The notes: generated from the letters alone by a model not told the origin. A stretch of 64,000 bases of DNA from Candidatus Gottesmanbacteria bacterium (GCA_043801155.1 JAZDMI010000021.1:66683-130682); one strand, 5' to 3'; counted from the first letter of the stretch, positions 19,058 to 28,346 are shown. Made by a program: numbers and translations.

Positions 19058-20143
19058 ATGAAAAAAATATTAGTTATTTGTGGTCCTACAGCTACTGGAA
19101 AAACATCACTTGGGCTTAAACTGGCTAAAAATTTAAATGGTGAACTTGTTTCGGCAGATTCAAGACAGGTTTATCGGGGAATGGATATTGGGACGGGTAA
19201 GGACGTTGGAAATTCCAAATTAATTTCAAATAACATTCTCCCTACATTAAAGTGTAGGGTTTCATCTTTAAAGGAGAATGTTTTCGTTGCTTCAATTCAT
19301 ACCCGAAATGAATTGAGGGGTATTCTTGAAGCGCCGAATAACAAATTTCAAATAGGGTATTATTTATTTAAGAATATAAAAATATGGTTGTTAGATATTG
19401 TCGAACCGGACTACCAGTTTACAGTAGCCGATTATGTTAAGTATGCGGGACTGGTGATTGAGAAAATTTGGCAAAGAGGGAAACTACCTATAATAGTTGG
19501 AGGTACAGGTTTATATATAAAAGGAATAGTTGATGGGATAGATACAATAGGTGTTAAACCGGATTGGGGACTTCGAGAAAAATTAAATACTTATTCAGTA
19601 ATAAAGCTTCAGAATCTTCTAGAGAAAACTTGTCCTGGGCGTAGTCAGAGGATGAATGAATCGGATATAAATAATCCCAGAAGGTTGATAAGAGCAATTG
19701 AGATAGCCATAAAAATCAAAAATCAAAAATCAAAAATCAAAACTACAACTAAAAACTCAAAACGATATGATACCCTAATAATCGGACTCACGGCGTCTTA
19801 TATTACTCTTTATCAAAGAATAGATAAGCGCGTAGATGAAAGAATTGAAAATGGATTAGAAGAAGAGATTAAGAAATTATTAGACAATGGATATAACTGG
19901 GATAATTCTGTTCTGGGAACGACGATTGGATATAAGGAATGGCGGAGAGCAGATAGCTTATGGCAGATTGACGATGAAATAAAAAGTAAAATTATCCAGA
20001 GGTGGAAGTTAGATGAACACGGATATAGCCGGCGACAAATGACCTGGTTTAAGAAAGACGCCCGAGTAAAATGGTTTGATATCTCTTCGCCCGACTGGCA
20101 AGATAGAATAGAAGATTTAGTTAAAAATTGGTATAATACCTAA
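19058..20143 (+). CDS. miaA: tRNA dimethylallyltransferase with in-frame repeat insertions
   Basis: GPTATGKT, SADSRQVYRGMDIGTGK, VGGTGLY, RRQMTWF. Confidence 0.96.
   Translation: MKKILVICGPTATGKTSLGLKLAKNLNGELVSADSRQVYRGMDIGTGKDVGNSKLISNNILPTLKCRVSSLKENVFVASIHTRNELRGILEAPNNKFQIGYYLFKNIKIWLLDIVEPDYQFTVADYVKYAGLVIEKIWQRGKLPIIVGGTGLYIKGIVDGIDTIGVKPDWGLREKLNTYSVIKLQNLLEKTCPGRSQRMNESDINNPRRLIRAIEIAIKIKNQKSKIKTTTKNSKRYDTLIIGLTASYITLYQRIDKRVDERIENGLEEEIKKLLDNGYNWDNSVLGTTIGYKEWRRADSLWQIDDEIKSKIIQRWKLDEHGYSRRQMTWFKKDARVKWFDISSPDWQDRIEDLVKNWYNT
19229..19343 (+). mobile_element. 108-nt composite hairpin element (families B+A) bounded by AATAACA, in-frame in miaA
   Basis: AATAACA at 19229-35 and 19337-43; AACATTCTCC/GGAGAATGTT and GCTTCAA/TTGAAGC stems. 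Confidence 0.75.
19711..19738 (+). repeat. Heptamer tandem repeat (AAAAATC)x4 inside miaA
   Basis: Perfect 7-nt period; KIKNQKSKIK. Confidence 0.9.
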
Positions 20144-20153
20144 GACAACGAAT

Positions 20154-21125
20154 ATGCCGACAAAAGTAGAAATATCATCAAGAACGATTCTTTTTACGCT
20201 AGGCACAATAGCCTTGGTGTGGTTTTTACTGGAAATAAGAGAAATAATCTTGCTGCTTTTTCTAGTATTTATTCTTATGGCTGCCCTAAGGCCAACCATT
20301 GATAGGCTTGTAAGATTCCGTATCCCCAAAGTCATTGCTGTTCTTTTGGTTTATCTTGTATTTATATTTTTTATCGGATTATTAGGCGGTTCAATATTAC
20401 CCCAACTAGTTACTCAGACAATTCGCTTCTGGGAAAAATTACCGGAGATTATTAATCGAATAATTCCCTTTGTTCCATTAAATTTTGCATTTATTACCCA
20501 ACAATTATCGCCAGTCGGCGGAGATTTATTAAAGGTGACTTTAGGATTTTTCTCTAATTTTCTGACAATTCTTACAATAATTATTTTAACATTTTATCTT
20601 TTGTTAGAAAGAGAAGATCTTGAAGAAAGCTTTAAGTCATTATTTGGGGAAGAAAAGGGAAATAGAATTATTGAAATACTATGGAAAATAGAAGAAAAAC
20701 TCGGAGCTTGGATAAGAGGCCAAGTTGTGCTGATGTTTCTTATTGGATTGCTGTCTTTTATTGGACTGACGGCCTTGGGTGTTGATTATGCACTTCCCTT
20801 GGCGATTACGGCTGGGCTTTTAGAGATAGTTCCTTTTGTCGGATCAATCATCGCATCTATTCCGGCGATACTTGTAGCATTTGTGGTTTCACCGGTATTG
20901 GCTTTAGCAGTTATTGCCCTATATTTTATTATCCATCAAAGTGAGGGGAATTTAATAGCTCCCACAGTAATGAAAAAGGCAGTTGGTTTACCACCGGTAG
21001 TTACTTTGATTGCTTTGATGATCGGTGCCAAACTGGCGGGAATTTTAGGGGCACTTTTGGCTATTCCGGCGGTAGTTGTTCTTCAGGTAATTCTTCAGGA
21101 ACTTACAATTAAAAAGTCAGATTGA
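20154..21125 (+). CDS. AI-2E family transporter
   Basis: GLLEIVPFVG, QSEGNLIAP, GILGALLAIP. Confidence 0.9.
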   Translation: MPTKVEISSRTILFTLGTIALVWFLLEIREIILLLFLVFILMAALRPTIDRLVRFRIPKVIAVLLVYLVFIFFIGLLGGSILPQLVTQTIRFWEKLPEIINRIIPFVPLNFAFITQQLSPVGGDLLKVTLGFFSNFLTILTIIILTFYLLLEREDLEESFKSLFGEEKGNRIIEILWKIEEKLGAWIRGQVVLMFLIGLLSFIGLTALGVDYALPLAITAGLLEIVPFVGSIIASIPAILVAFVVSPVLALAVIALYFIIHQSEGNLIAPTVMKKAVGLPPVVTLIALMIGAKLAGILGALLAIPAVVVLQVILQELTIKKSD

Positions 21126-21146
21126 GTTTGTTTGTCCACCCCTTTT

Positions 21147-21200
21147 TTCTTGCCTCATTCATATCAACTTGTAAAGTTGACATTCTGAGGCGCGAAATAA
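21147..21200 (+). repeat. Family-A hairpin element upstream of rnpB
   Basis: TTCTTGCCTCATTC-ATATCAACTTGTAAAGTTGAC-ATTCTGAGGCGCGAAATAA. Confidence 0.8.
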
Positions 21201-21206
21201 TATAAT
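21177..21206 (+). promoter_or_regulatory. rnpB sigma70 promoter
   Basis: TTGACA-18nt-TATAAT just upstream of P1. Confidence 0.75.
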
Positions 21207-21213
21207 AGCCTCG

Positions 21214-21657
21214 TTCTTTGGGAAGTCGGATGGCTACCCGCCAAAATTTGCCCCACGAGCCGTATACTATTAGTATTGAAAAGGCGAGTGGCAAAAATTA
21301 GGCGGGAGGAAAGTCCAGACTGCATAAAGCAGGGGACGGGGTGTAAGCCCCGACGGGAAACCGCTAGTTCTTATATTCTTTACCCACACGTGGAGTATAA
21401 GACAGGTTCTGAATCAACAGGACTTGAGAGCAACAGAGATGAGTGGGTGTGAAACACGGCAATCCTACCTGCAGCAACCGACGACAAAGCCGTTATTATC
21501 CTTGCTTTGGAGAGGCTTGAAGCGCGCGGGCACTGCCACCGAATAGGTGGGGAATTGTGAAAAATCATAATTAGATAGATGGCCATTACCCGCCTGCAAC
21601 GCTTTGCGTAGCAATGCGGGCAGGGAACAGAATCTGGCTTACGAACTTCCCAAGGAA
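21214..21657 (+). ncRNA. rnpB: RNase P RNA
   Basis: GAGGAAAGTCCAG and AACAGAATCTGGCTTA (P4); P1 TTCTTTGGGAAGT/ACTTCCCAAGGAA. Confidence 0.95.
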
Positions 21658-21665
21658 TACTTTAC

Positions 21666-22013
21666 ATGAGTTTTCTAGAACAGGAAAAAGTCTATTTAAA
21701 ACCTCATCAGAAAAATGGTGTTCAACAAGCCCTACTAGGCAGATTAAATTTAAAAGAATTTGCATACCAACATGGTGAAGAGGCAGCAAAAAGACTTGAA
21801 GAATTAATTAGGTCTATAAAAACAAATCCGCAGTTACCTATAATATTTAATTTCGATCGAAGTGATATTTGTCATCCTGACTGCGAACAAATCCTTAATT
21901 GTGACCCAAATTTAATAAGACCACTCGATAGGGGAGTTCTTCAAGGAATAATTATTGGTAAACCAAGACCAGCCGTAACTTTTTTTCATCTGCCTACTGG
22001 TAAAAACGGTTAG
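21666..22013 (+). CDS. Hypothetical protein
   Basis: 115-aa ORF filling the gap. Confidence 0.5.
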   Translation: MSFLEQEKVYLKPHQKNGVQQALLGRLNLKEFAYQHGEEAAKRLEELIRSIKTNPQLPIIFNFDRSDICHPDCEQILNCDPNLIRPLDRGVLQGIIIGKPRPAVTFFHLPTGKNG

Positions 22014-22756
22014 ATTTGAATTTTAGAGAAAAGATAACTACCAATTCCTAAGGCCAAAAGAGAAAGAACACTTAATACTAACAAGCTATTAAAAGCTCCC
22101 AATTGAGAAACACCCGTTAGCGAATATCTTAGCCCATCGACTCCATAAGAAAGCGGATCAATAATCGTTATTACTTTCAAAGCTGGCGGCAATCCTGTTA
22201 AAGGAAATAACGCCCCGGATAAGAAAAATATCGGTTGTACTAAAAAGTTCATTATTAACTGAAAGCCTTGCATATCTTCAAGAGACGAGGCAATTGCCGT
22301 ACCAATAGAAGTAAACAAAATTGCCATTAGAAACATGAATAAAATCGCCAGTGGTAGATGAATTAATGAATACGGTCGGAATCCAACAATAATGGTTAAT
22401 AGCAAAACGACTATTCCCTGAACCGTTGCTACAGTTGCTCCGCCTAGGGTTTTTCCCAACATAATCTGTAAACGAGAAACGGGCGCGACTAAGGTTTCTT
22501 TTAAAAAGCCAAACTGTCGATCCCAGATTACCTGAACACCGGAGAAGATGGCCGTAAATAAAATACTCATAGAAATAACACCCGGGCTTAAAAATTGAAA
22601 ATAATCACCCTGTCCGGCTTTTTTGAAGACCGGGCCTAAACCTAAACCTAATGCTAATAAGAAAAGTAGTGGTTGTCCTAGGGAACCAATAATTCTTGAT
22701 CGTGATCGCAAATAACGTTTCAATTCCCGTAACCACAAAATATAAATTACATTCAT
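22010..22756 (-). CDS. ABC-2 type exporter permease (DrrB-like)
   Basis: DRQFGFLKETLVAP, FLSGALFP. Confidence 0.9.
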   Translation of the reverse strand: MNVIYILWLRELKRYLRSRSRIIGSLGQPLLFLLALGLGLGPVFKKAGQGDYFQFLSPGVISMSILFTAIFSGVQVIWDRQFGFLKETLVAPVSRLQIMLGKTLGGATVATVQGIVVLLLTIIVGFRPYSLIHLPLAILFMFLMAILFTSIGTAIASSLEDMQGFQLIMNFLVQPIFFLSGALFPLTGLPPALKVITIIDPLSYGVDGLRYSLTGVSQLGAFNSLLVLSVLSLLALGIGSYLFSKIQI

Positions 22757-22774
22757 ATAATTATAAAAATTTTA

Positions 22775-23557
22775 TCAATGCCACATTCTTCTGTGTATTC
22801 TCATTTGATCTAAAGAAGTACCCTTTTCATCTCTGATTGTTTGACCTGTTAATGATAAGAAGGCCTCTTCTAAAGTTTTTTTACCTGTTTGGGATATTAA
22901 TTCTATCGGTGTTCCTTGTCCAACAATTTTTCCGTGATCAATTATAGCTACCCGATGAGCATTTCTTTCTGCCTCTTCAATATATTGAGTGGTAAAAAAG
23001 ATCGTAATCTGTTCAGTTTTATTTAAGTTTCTAACATATTCCCAGATATGATTCCTGGTTTGTGGATCTAATCCAATTGTTGGTTCATCTAAAAAGAAAA
23101 TTTTTGGATGATGCAATAAACCCCTGGCAATTTCCAATCGTCTTTTCATGCCACCGGAAAATGTCTTAACAATATCATTCCTTCGATTCCAAAGTTCGAC
23201 AAATTTTAATAATTCTTCAATCCGTTTCTTGAGAATATCAGAATTAACCTTATAAAGTACGCCGTGGAATTCAAGATTCTCGTAGGCAGTTAATTCATCA
23301 TCAAGACTGGGATCTTGGAAAACAATACCAAAAGTCCGCCGGGCGTTGTCTTGGTCTTTTACCGGGTCAATACCATCTAAGATCAATTGACCGCTGGTTG
23401 GCTGTAAAAGGGTAGTCAACATTTTTATGGTTGTCGTTTTTCCCGCGCCGTTGGGTCCTAAAAAAGCAAAAATTTCTCCCTTAGGAACAACAAAGGATAC
23501 GCCATCAACGGCGCTAAAATTACCGAACTTTTTGACTAAACTTTGTACTTCAATCAT
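22775..23557 (-). CDS. ABC ATPase (DrrA-like)
   Basis: GPNGAGKTT, FSGGMKRRLEIAR, DEPT. Confidence 0.93.
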   Translation of the reverse strand: MIEVQSLVKKFGNFSAVDGVSFVVPKGEIFAFLGPNGAGKTTTIKMLTTLLQPTSGQLILDGIDPVKDQDNARRTFGIVFQDPSLDDELTAYENLEFHGVLYKVNSDILKKRIEELLKFVELWNRRNDIVKTFSGGMKRRLEIARGLLHHPKIFFLDEPTIGLDPQTRNHIWEYVRNLNKTEQITIFFTTQYIEEAERNAHRVAIIDHGKIVGQGTPIELISQTGKKTLEEAFLSLTGQTIRDEKGTSLDQMRIHRRMWH

Positions 23558-23994
23558 GGTTGGCTACTTGGTTGGGTAGTTGGTTGTCCGCCTCTCATCT
23601 CTGGGTTTAACTGCACATTTTGGGCAGTTAAACTTCCGTCAGAATTGCTAGTGCCAAAAACAGCCACAGTTTCTCCACTTTTTAGATCAGATCTTGATCC
23701 GGTAGCTGATTTACTGATTGTGCTATCATCAGATAATATAATGATTTTACTACTTCCGTCAGGAAGTTTAACAGTTAAATTATTATCGGAAACATCAATA
23801 ATCTGTCCTCTGGCAATATTACCATTGGATCCCGGACCCCCCATGCCTCGTCTAAACTGTCCATTGCCGCCACTAAAGTTAAAGTTTCCTGATCTATTGT
23901 TACTTGCCTGATATTTTGTACCGGCAAAAAATGAACCTGCGGCAATTACCACTAAAACAATTATAAAAATAATTAAATAATTTTTCATATTCAC
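23554..23994 (-). CDS. Membrane-anchored Gly-rich protein (DUF5666-like)
   Basis: N-terminal TM, DLKSGETVAVFG..DGSLTA. Confidence 0.65.
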   Translation of the reverse strand: MNMKNYLIIFIIVLVVIAAGSFFAGTKYQASNNRSGNFNFSGGNGQFRRGMGGPGSNGNIARGQIIDVSDNNLTVKLPDGSSKIIILSDDSTISKSATGSRSDLKSGETVAVFGTSNSDGSLTAQNVQLNPEMRGGQPTTQPSSQP

Positions 23995-24014
23995 CTCCGA
24001 TCATTTAATATTAC

Positions 24015-25094
24015 TTATTTTAAATATTTATCAAAAAACTGTATGGTTCTTTGCATAGCTAATTCGAAATTCGGAGAAGAGATATTATGATCTCCACCCG
24101 GATAATCATAATATTCAACCGTTTTCCCGGCCGATTTTAATTTTTCCTCTAAACTTTGGGAAAAGGCCACCGGTACTTCTTCGTCACTGCCACCGGTATG
24201 TAGCTGTATAGGTGTAGTAATCTCTTTTAGAAAATATGTAGGATCAATAGATTGCCAAAAAGTCGGATTATCAGCCGGAGTACCATGTTCTTTTGTTAGA
24301 CTAGTTCTATGTCGATTGCGTAGAGCCAACTCATTCGGTGGTGGTTGGTAGGTAACTCTTCTTTGCCAATTATTAATTAAATCATTATAAGAGCCGACAA
24401 CTCCTCCCCAAATAACGGCAGCTTTGATATCCTTAGTGTCAACAACAATATCTCTTAAGACAATATTGCCTCCCATTGAATGACCCCACATACCAATTTT
24501 ATTAGGGTCAGCTTCGGGGTATTTTTTAATGGAAAAAAGAGCATTCAGGACATCAGTGGCATAGGCGGGAGAATAATAAGCTCCATCTGGTTGTCCCTGG
24601 GAATTGCCGTTACCGCGATAGTCAGGCTTTAAAATAATATATCCACTTCTGGCTAAAGCATCAACGTAGGCAATGTAGCGTTCAGTTGTCCTATATTGTG
24701 TCGGCGGGATATACCCGTGATTAAAGATAATTACCGGCCAGCCCGCATTGCTGTGCAAAGCGTTGCTGGCGGGCCAGCCATTTTTAGGTTTTGCTTGTTT
24801 TTCAGGAACTGTCATTAAAGCATAGATTTTTAATCCATCTGATAGGTAGGAGACAATATACTGACGGTAATTGGAACCGGGGGTTAAAGTTTGTTCTATT
24901 ATTATTTGACTTCCAGGGTATTGGGTTTTTCTCATCACCTCAATCATCAGGGGATCGCTGGGGGTCTTAATTTGCGCGTCTGCCGGTTTTTCTTCGATGG
25001 GATTTAATTTCGTGAGATAAAATCTTATTCCCAGGCCAGAAACAATCACGATAAAAATAAAAACAAGTGATGCTTTTAAAAGATTATTATTCAT
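24015..25094 (-). CDS. Exported alpha/beta hydrolase (S9 peptidase-like)
   Basis: NHGY, GHSMGG, D..V, GDH catalytic motifs. Confidence 0.88.
   Translation of the reverse strand: MNNNLLKASLVFIFIVIVSGLGIRFYLTKLNPIEEKPADAQIKTPSDPLMIEVMRKTQYPGSQIIIEQTLTPGSNYRQYIVSYLSDGLKIYALMTVPEKQAKPKNGWPASNALHSNAGWPVIIFNHGYIPPTQYRTTERYIAYVDALARSGYIILKPDYRGNGNSQGQPDGAYYSPAYATDVLNALFSIKKYPEADPNKIGMWGHSMGGNIVLRDIVVDTKDIKAAVIWGGVVGSYNDLINNWQRRVTYQPPPNELALRNRHRTSLTKEHGTPADNPTFWQSIDPTYFLKEITTPIQLHTGGSDEEVPVAFSQSLEEKLKSAGKTVEYYDYPGGDHNISSPNFELAMQRTIQFFDKYLK
24738..24773. mobile_element. 36-nt palindromic element in-frame in the hydrolase
   Basis: Adds 12 aa (GWP-ASNALHSNA-GWP); 32/36 identical to the reverse complement of 21589-21624. 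Confidence 0.85.
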
Positions 25095-25136
25095 ATCTTA
25101 GGGCTTCAATCCTTCGGCAAGCTCAGGATTTCGGCA
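25087..25136 (-). other. Recoded duplicate of the macB 3' end (IEALRYE*) plus REP-like hairpin
   Basis: 25087-25110 versus 25137-25160, synonymous changes only; hairpin 25108-25130. Confidence 0.8.
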
Positions 25137-26360
25137 TTACTCATATCGTAATGCCTCAATTGGACTAAGGTTGGCAGCTTTACGAGCAGGATACCAGCCA
25201 AAGAGAATACCAATTCCGCCGGAGACAGCCAGAGCTAAAGCTACAGCCGTGAGTGAAATAGTAAAAGGGAGGTTTATTAATTTAGAAATTATTAGTGAAA
25301 TAACTAACCCAAAAATCATACCTAAAATACCCCCGACAATGGTTAAAATAACTGCTTCAGTTAAAAATTGGCCTATAACTGTTCTTTTTTTGGCTCCCAA
25401 AGCTTTTCTAAGCCCTATTTCTCTGGTTCGTTCCGTTACCGTCACTAACATGATATTCATAATACCAATACCCCCGACAAGAAGAGAAATAGCGGCAATT
25501 CCTGCCAGAAGAGCGGTAAATGTACTGGTTATCTGAGAGGCGGCGCCTAAAATGTCGGCTTGGGAAACAATCGTAAAATCTGCTTGAGCTGGATCGGAAA
25601 GTTTATGTAGACTTAAAAGTAAATAACCGACTTGATTCTGTGCCTGGGTCATCACGTTTTGGTTTTTTGCTTCAAGGGAAATCGAATTTATATAATCAAT
25701 GCCAAAAATTATTTTTTGAGCGGTAGTTAAAGGAACAAAAACAATATCATCTTGATTAAAAAACCCACTGCCTCCCTTGGACTGGGTAATACCAATAATT
25801 CTATAGGTCTGTTTATTAATTCGTACTGTTTGGCCTATTGGTTCAGAGTTAGTGGGGAAGAGATCGGCTACTACTTGAGGTCCGATGACAGCAACCTTGG
25901 TAAATGAGCCAACATCGTCAGAACTTATAAATCTTCCCGTGGAGATGGTTAGATTATGCACAGCTAAATAAGCATTAGTTGCGCCAATTACTTGGGTATT
26001 GCTATTATTCCCAGCGTTAGAGACTTGGGCTCGTCGGGAAATTTCTGGAGAAACATTGTTTATGGTATTAACCGTAGGCGAAGATAAAATGGCTTTGGCA
26101 TCATCATAGGTTAGGGAAGTATTACTACCGATAGCTCCGCGGATACCCCCGGAAGTCTGAGCTCCGGGAGTAACGGTTAATAAATTTGCTCCCAAAGACT
26201 GAATTTGGTTTTGCACTGATTGCTGACCGGATTCGCCCAAAGAAACCAAAGCAATAACGGCACCAATACCAATGATAATGCCTAGTGTTGCCAAAACCGT
26301 GCGCATTTTATTTAAGGTTAAAGCACTTAAACTTTCTGATAAAAGTTCTGAAAAATCCAT
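25137..26360 (-). CDS. MacB/FtsX-type ABC permease
   Basis: GGIGIMNIML, ERTREIGLRKALGA, PIEALRYE. Confidence 0.94.
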   Translation of the reverse strand: MDFSELLSESLSALTLNKMRTVLATLGIIIGIGAVIALVSLGESGQQSVQNQIQSLGANLLTVTPGAQTSGGIRGAIGSNTSLTYDDAKAILSSPTVNTINNVSPEISRRAQVSNAGNNSNTQVIGATNAYLAVHNLTISTGRFISSDDVGSFTKVAVIGPQVVADLFPTNSEPIGQTVRINKQTYRIIGITQSKGGSGFFNQDDIVFVPLTTAQKIIFGIDYINSISLEAKNQNVMTQAQNQVGYLLLSLHKLSDPAQADFTIVSQADILGAASQITSTFTALLAGIAAISLLVGGIGIMNIMLVTVTERTREIGLRKALGAKKRTVIGQFLTEAVILTIVGGILGMIFGLVISLIISKLINLPFTISLTAVALALAVSGGIGILFGWYPARKAANLSPIEALRYE

Positions 26361-27052
26361 TAAACTTTCCTCCGTTTTCCGTTGGTATGATCGTCAATAA
26401 TTTTTCCATCTCTAAGAGTAATAATTCTTTTAGCAAACTGGGCTACTTCGGGTTCATGAGTAATCATAATAATCGTATGTCCCCGTTCATTTAACTCTTG
26501 AAAAATATGCATAATTTCCTCGCTTTGAGCGCTGGCGAGATTGCCCGTGGGTTCATCAGCTAAAAGTATGGCCGGATCCATGGCTAAAGCTCTGGCGATA
26601 GCGACTCTTTGTTGTTGTCCTCCGGAAAGTTGGTTTGAAGTATGTTCTATCCGATTAGCTAAGCCTACCATTTCTAACATCTTCATCGCTTTGGAGATAC
26701 GTTGATCTTTGGGAATATTTCCATAAATCATGGGAAGAATGACATTTCTTAGGGCCGTGGTTCTGGGAAGTAGATTGTAGGCTTGGAAAACAAAGCCAAT
26801 TTTTTTATTTCTGATTTGCGCCAATTCATCATCGGAAAGTTGGTTTACTTCTTGTCCATCGAGAATATATTTCCCACTGGTTGGTGTATCCAAGGCTCCT
26901 AAAATATGCATTAAAGTTGATTTACCGCTTCCAGACGGTCCCATAATGGCAGCAAATTCACCCTTTTTAATTTCGAAGGAAACATCACTTAAAGCACTGG
27001 TAGCTGTCTCGCCACCGTCATAAATTTTAGAGATGTGAAAAGCTTTAATCAC
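26360..27052 (-). CDS. MacB/LolD-type ABC ATPase
   Basis: [24 protein letters not shown]. Confidence 0.95.
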   Translation of the reverse strand: MIKAFHISKIYDGGETATSALSDVSFEIKKGEFAAIMGPSGSGKSTLMHILGALDTPTSGKYILDGQEVNQLSDDELAQIRNKKIGFVFQAYNLLPRTTALRNVILPMIYGNIPKDQRISKAMKMLEMVGLANRIEHTSNQLSGGQQQRVAIARALAMDPAILLADEPTGNLASAQSEEIMHIFQELNERGHTIIMITHEPEVAQFAKRIITLRDGKIIDDHTNGKRRKV

Positions 27053-28346
27053 CTCTAGCGCCGCCCCTAAATGCGCCTCCCCCTCCCACTCCGTCGATTC
27101 TTAAACCGCCGCCAAACGGTGAGGTGGTTGTACCCTGTGTGGTACTAACTGTTCCGGTGACGACTTGGTCGCCTTCATTTAGCCCAGAAATAATTTCTGT
27201 TTGGCTATCAGAAGAAACTCCGGTTTCAACGGGAACTTGAGTTACTTGTCCATTTTTCAAAACCATAACAGAACTTTGACCATTACTATTTTGTATAGCG
27301 GTAGTAGAAACAACTAAGACATCGCTTTTTGTTTGAGTAATGATACTGGCATTAACTGACATATTAGGTAAAACACCATTAGCTTGAGTATCAAACTGGA
27401 TCGTTAAAGGATAAGTAGTGACGCCGGAAGTAACACTTCCGGTATGATCTATGCCGACAATCTTACCCGTAAAAGTTTTATTGGGTAAGGCATCTAAAGT
27501 TAGAGTTGCCTTCTGTCCATTTTGTATTTTAGTTACATCGATCTCCGAGACGGTAAATTGAGCTATGGGTAGCTGGTCGTTTTGAACAGTAGCGATTTTC
27601 TGGGAAGAAACAAGGTTGGTGGCGCTGTTAACGGTATTGGTAATCGTCATGCCGGTAACCATGGTCATGTCATTGATCGTACCCGAAATAGGAGCGGTTA
27701 TTATTGGTGTAAGTGTTTGATAAGAATTAAAAGAAGAAGCTAGGGAAGCTTGCGCTTGGGCAATGACATTTTGCTGATTTTTATATTGAGCTTCGGCCGC
27801 TAACCAATCGTCCTGGGCGATCGTAAATTGCGTTAAGGTACGGTTAGAAATATTCGGACTACCGTCAGAATTCTGAAAAGTAGAGTTAGTCGCAATATCG
27901 GTAAAAGTTTTCCACTTTGAGAATAAAGCTGATTGTAAATTATAGGTTTGTATTTGAGCCTGGGTGAGGGAATTTTGCGCTGAAAGATAAGAAGCCCAAG
28001 CCTGAGAATATTTTTGCTGTCCTTGTTGGTCAAGTGTTAATTCCATTATATTTTGACCGGCTATAACCGGATCGCCATTTTTTACAAAGACATTTTTAAT
28101 CACACCTGAAGCTTGGGTAGTTACCTGCATTGTTCCGGCAGTAACCATTTGTCCAGAGGCGGAAACAGAAGAAACAATCGTGCCCTTTTCTACCCTCGCT
28201 GTTTGATATTCAATTTGTTTTTTACCAAAAAAATTTTTCCAGGAAAAAATCCCTACAGCTATAATTAACACCACCAAAAAGAAAACGGCGATTTTATTAT
28301 TTTTAGCAAAATTTAAGATATTATTGACTATTTTTTTCATATTCAT
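27045..28346 (-). CDS. Efflux periplasmic adaptor (MacA/HlyD family)
   Basis: TM anchor, APISGT, IISGLNEGDQVV. Confidence 0.88.
   Translation of the reverse strand: MNMKKIVNNILNFAKNNKIAVFFLVVLIIAVGIFSWKNFFGKKQIEYQTARVEKGTIVSSVSASGQMVTAGTMQVTTQASGVIKNVFVKNGDPVIAGQNIMELTLDQQGQQKYSQAWASYLSAQNSLTQAQIQTYNLQSALFSKWKTFTDIATNSTFQNSDGSPNISNRTLTQFTIAQDDWLAAEAQYKNQQNVIAQAQASLASSFNSYQTLTPIITAPISGTINDMTMVTGMTITNTVNSATNLVSSQKIATVQNDQLPIAQFTVSEIDVTKIQNGQKATLTLDALPNKTFTGKIVGIDHTGSVTSGVTTYPLTIQFDTQANGVLPNMSVNASIITQTKSDVLVVSTTAIQNSNGQSSVMVLKNGQVTQVPVETGVSSDSQTEIISGLNEGDQVVTGTVSTTQGTTTSPFGGGLRIDGVGGGGAFRGGARGD

Noticed and set aside
21109-21789. Minus-strand ORFs 21109-21294, 21380-21586, 21586-21789
   Set aside because: Antisense shadows of RNase P RNA and the repeat elements.
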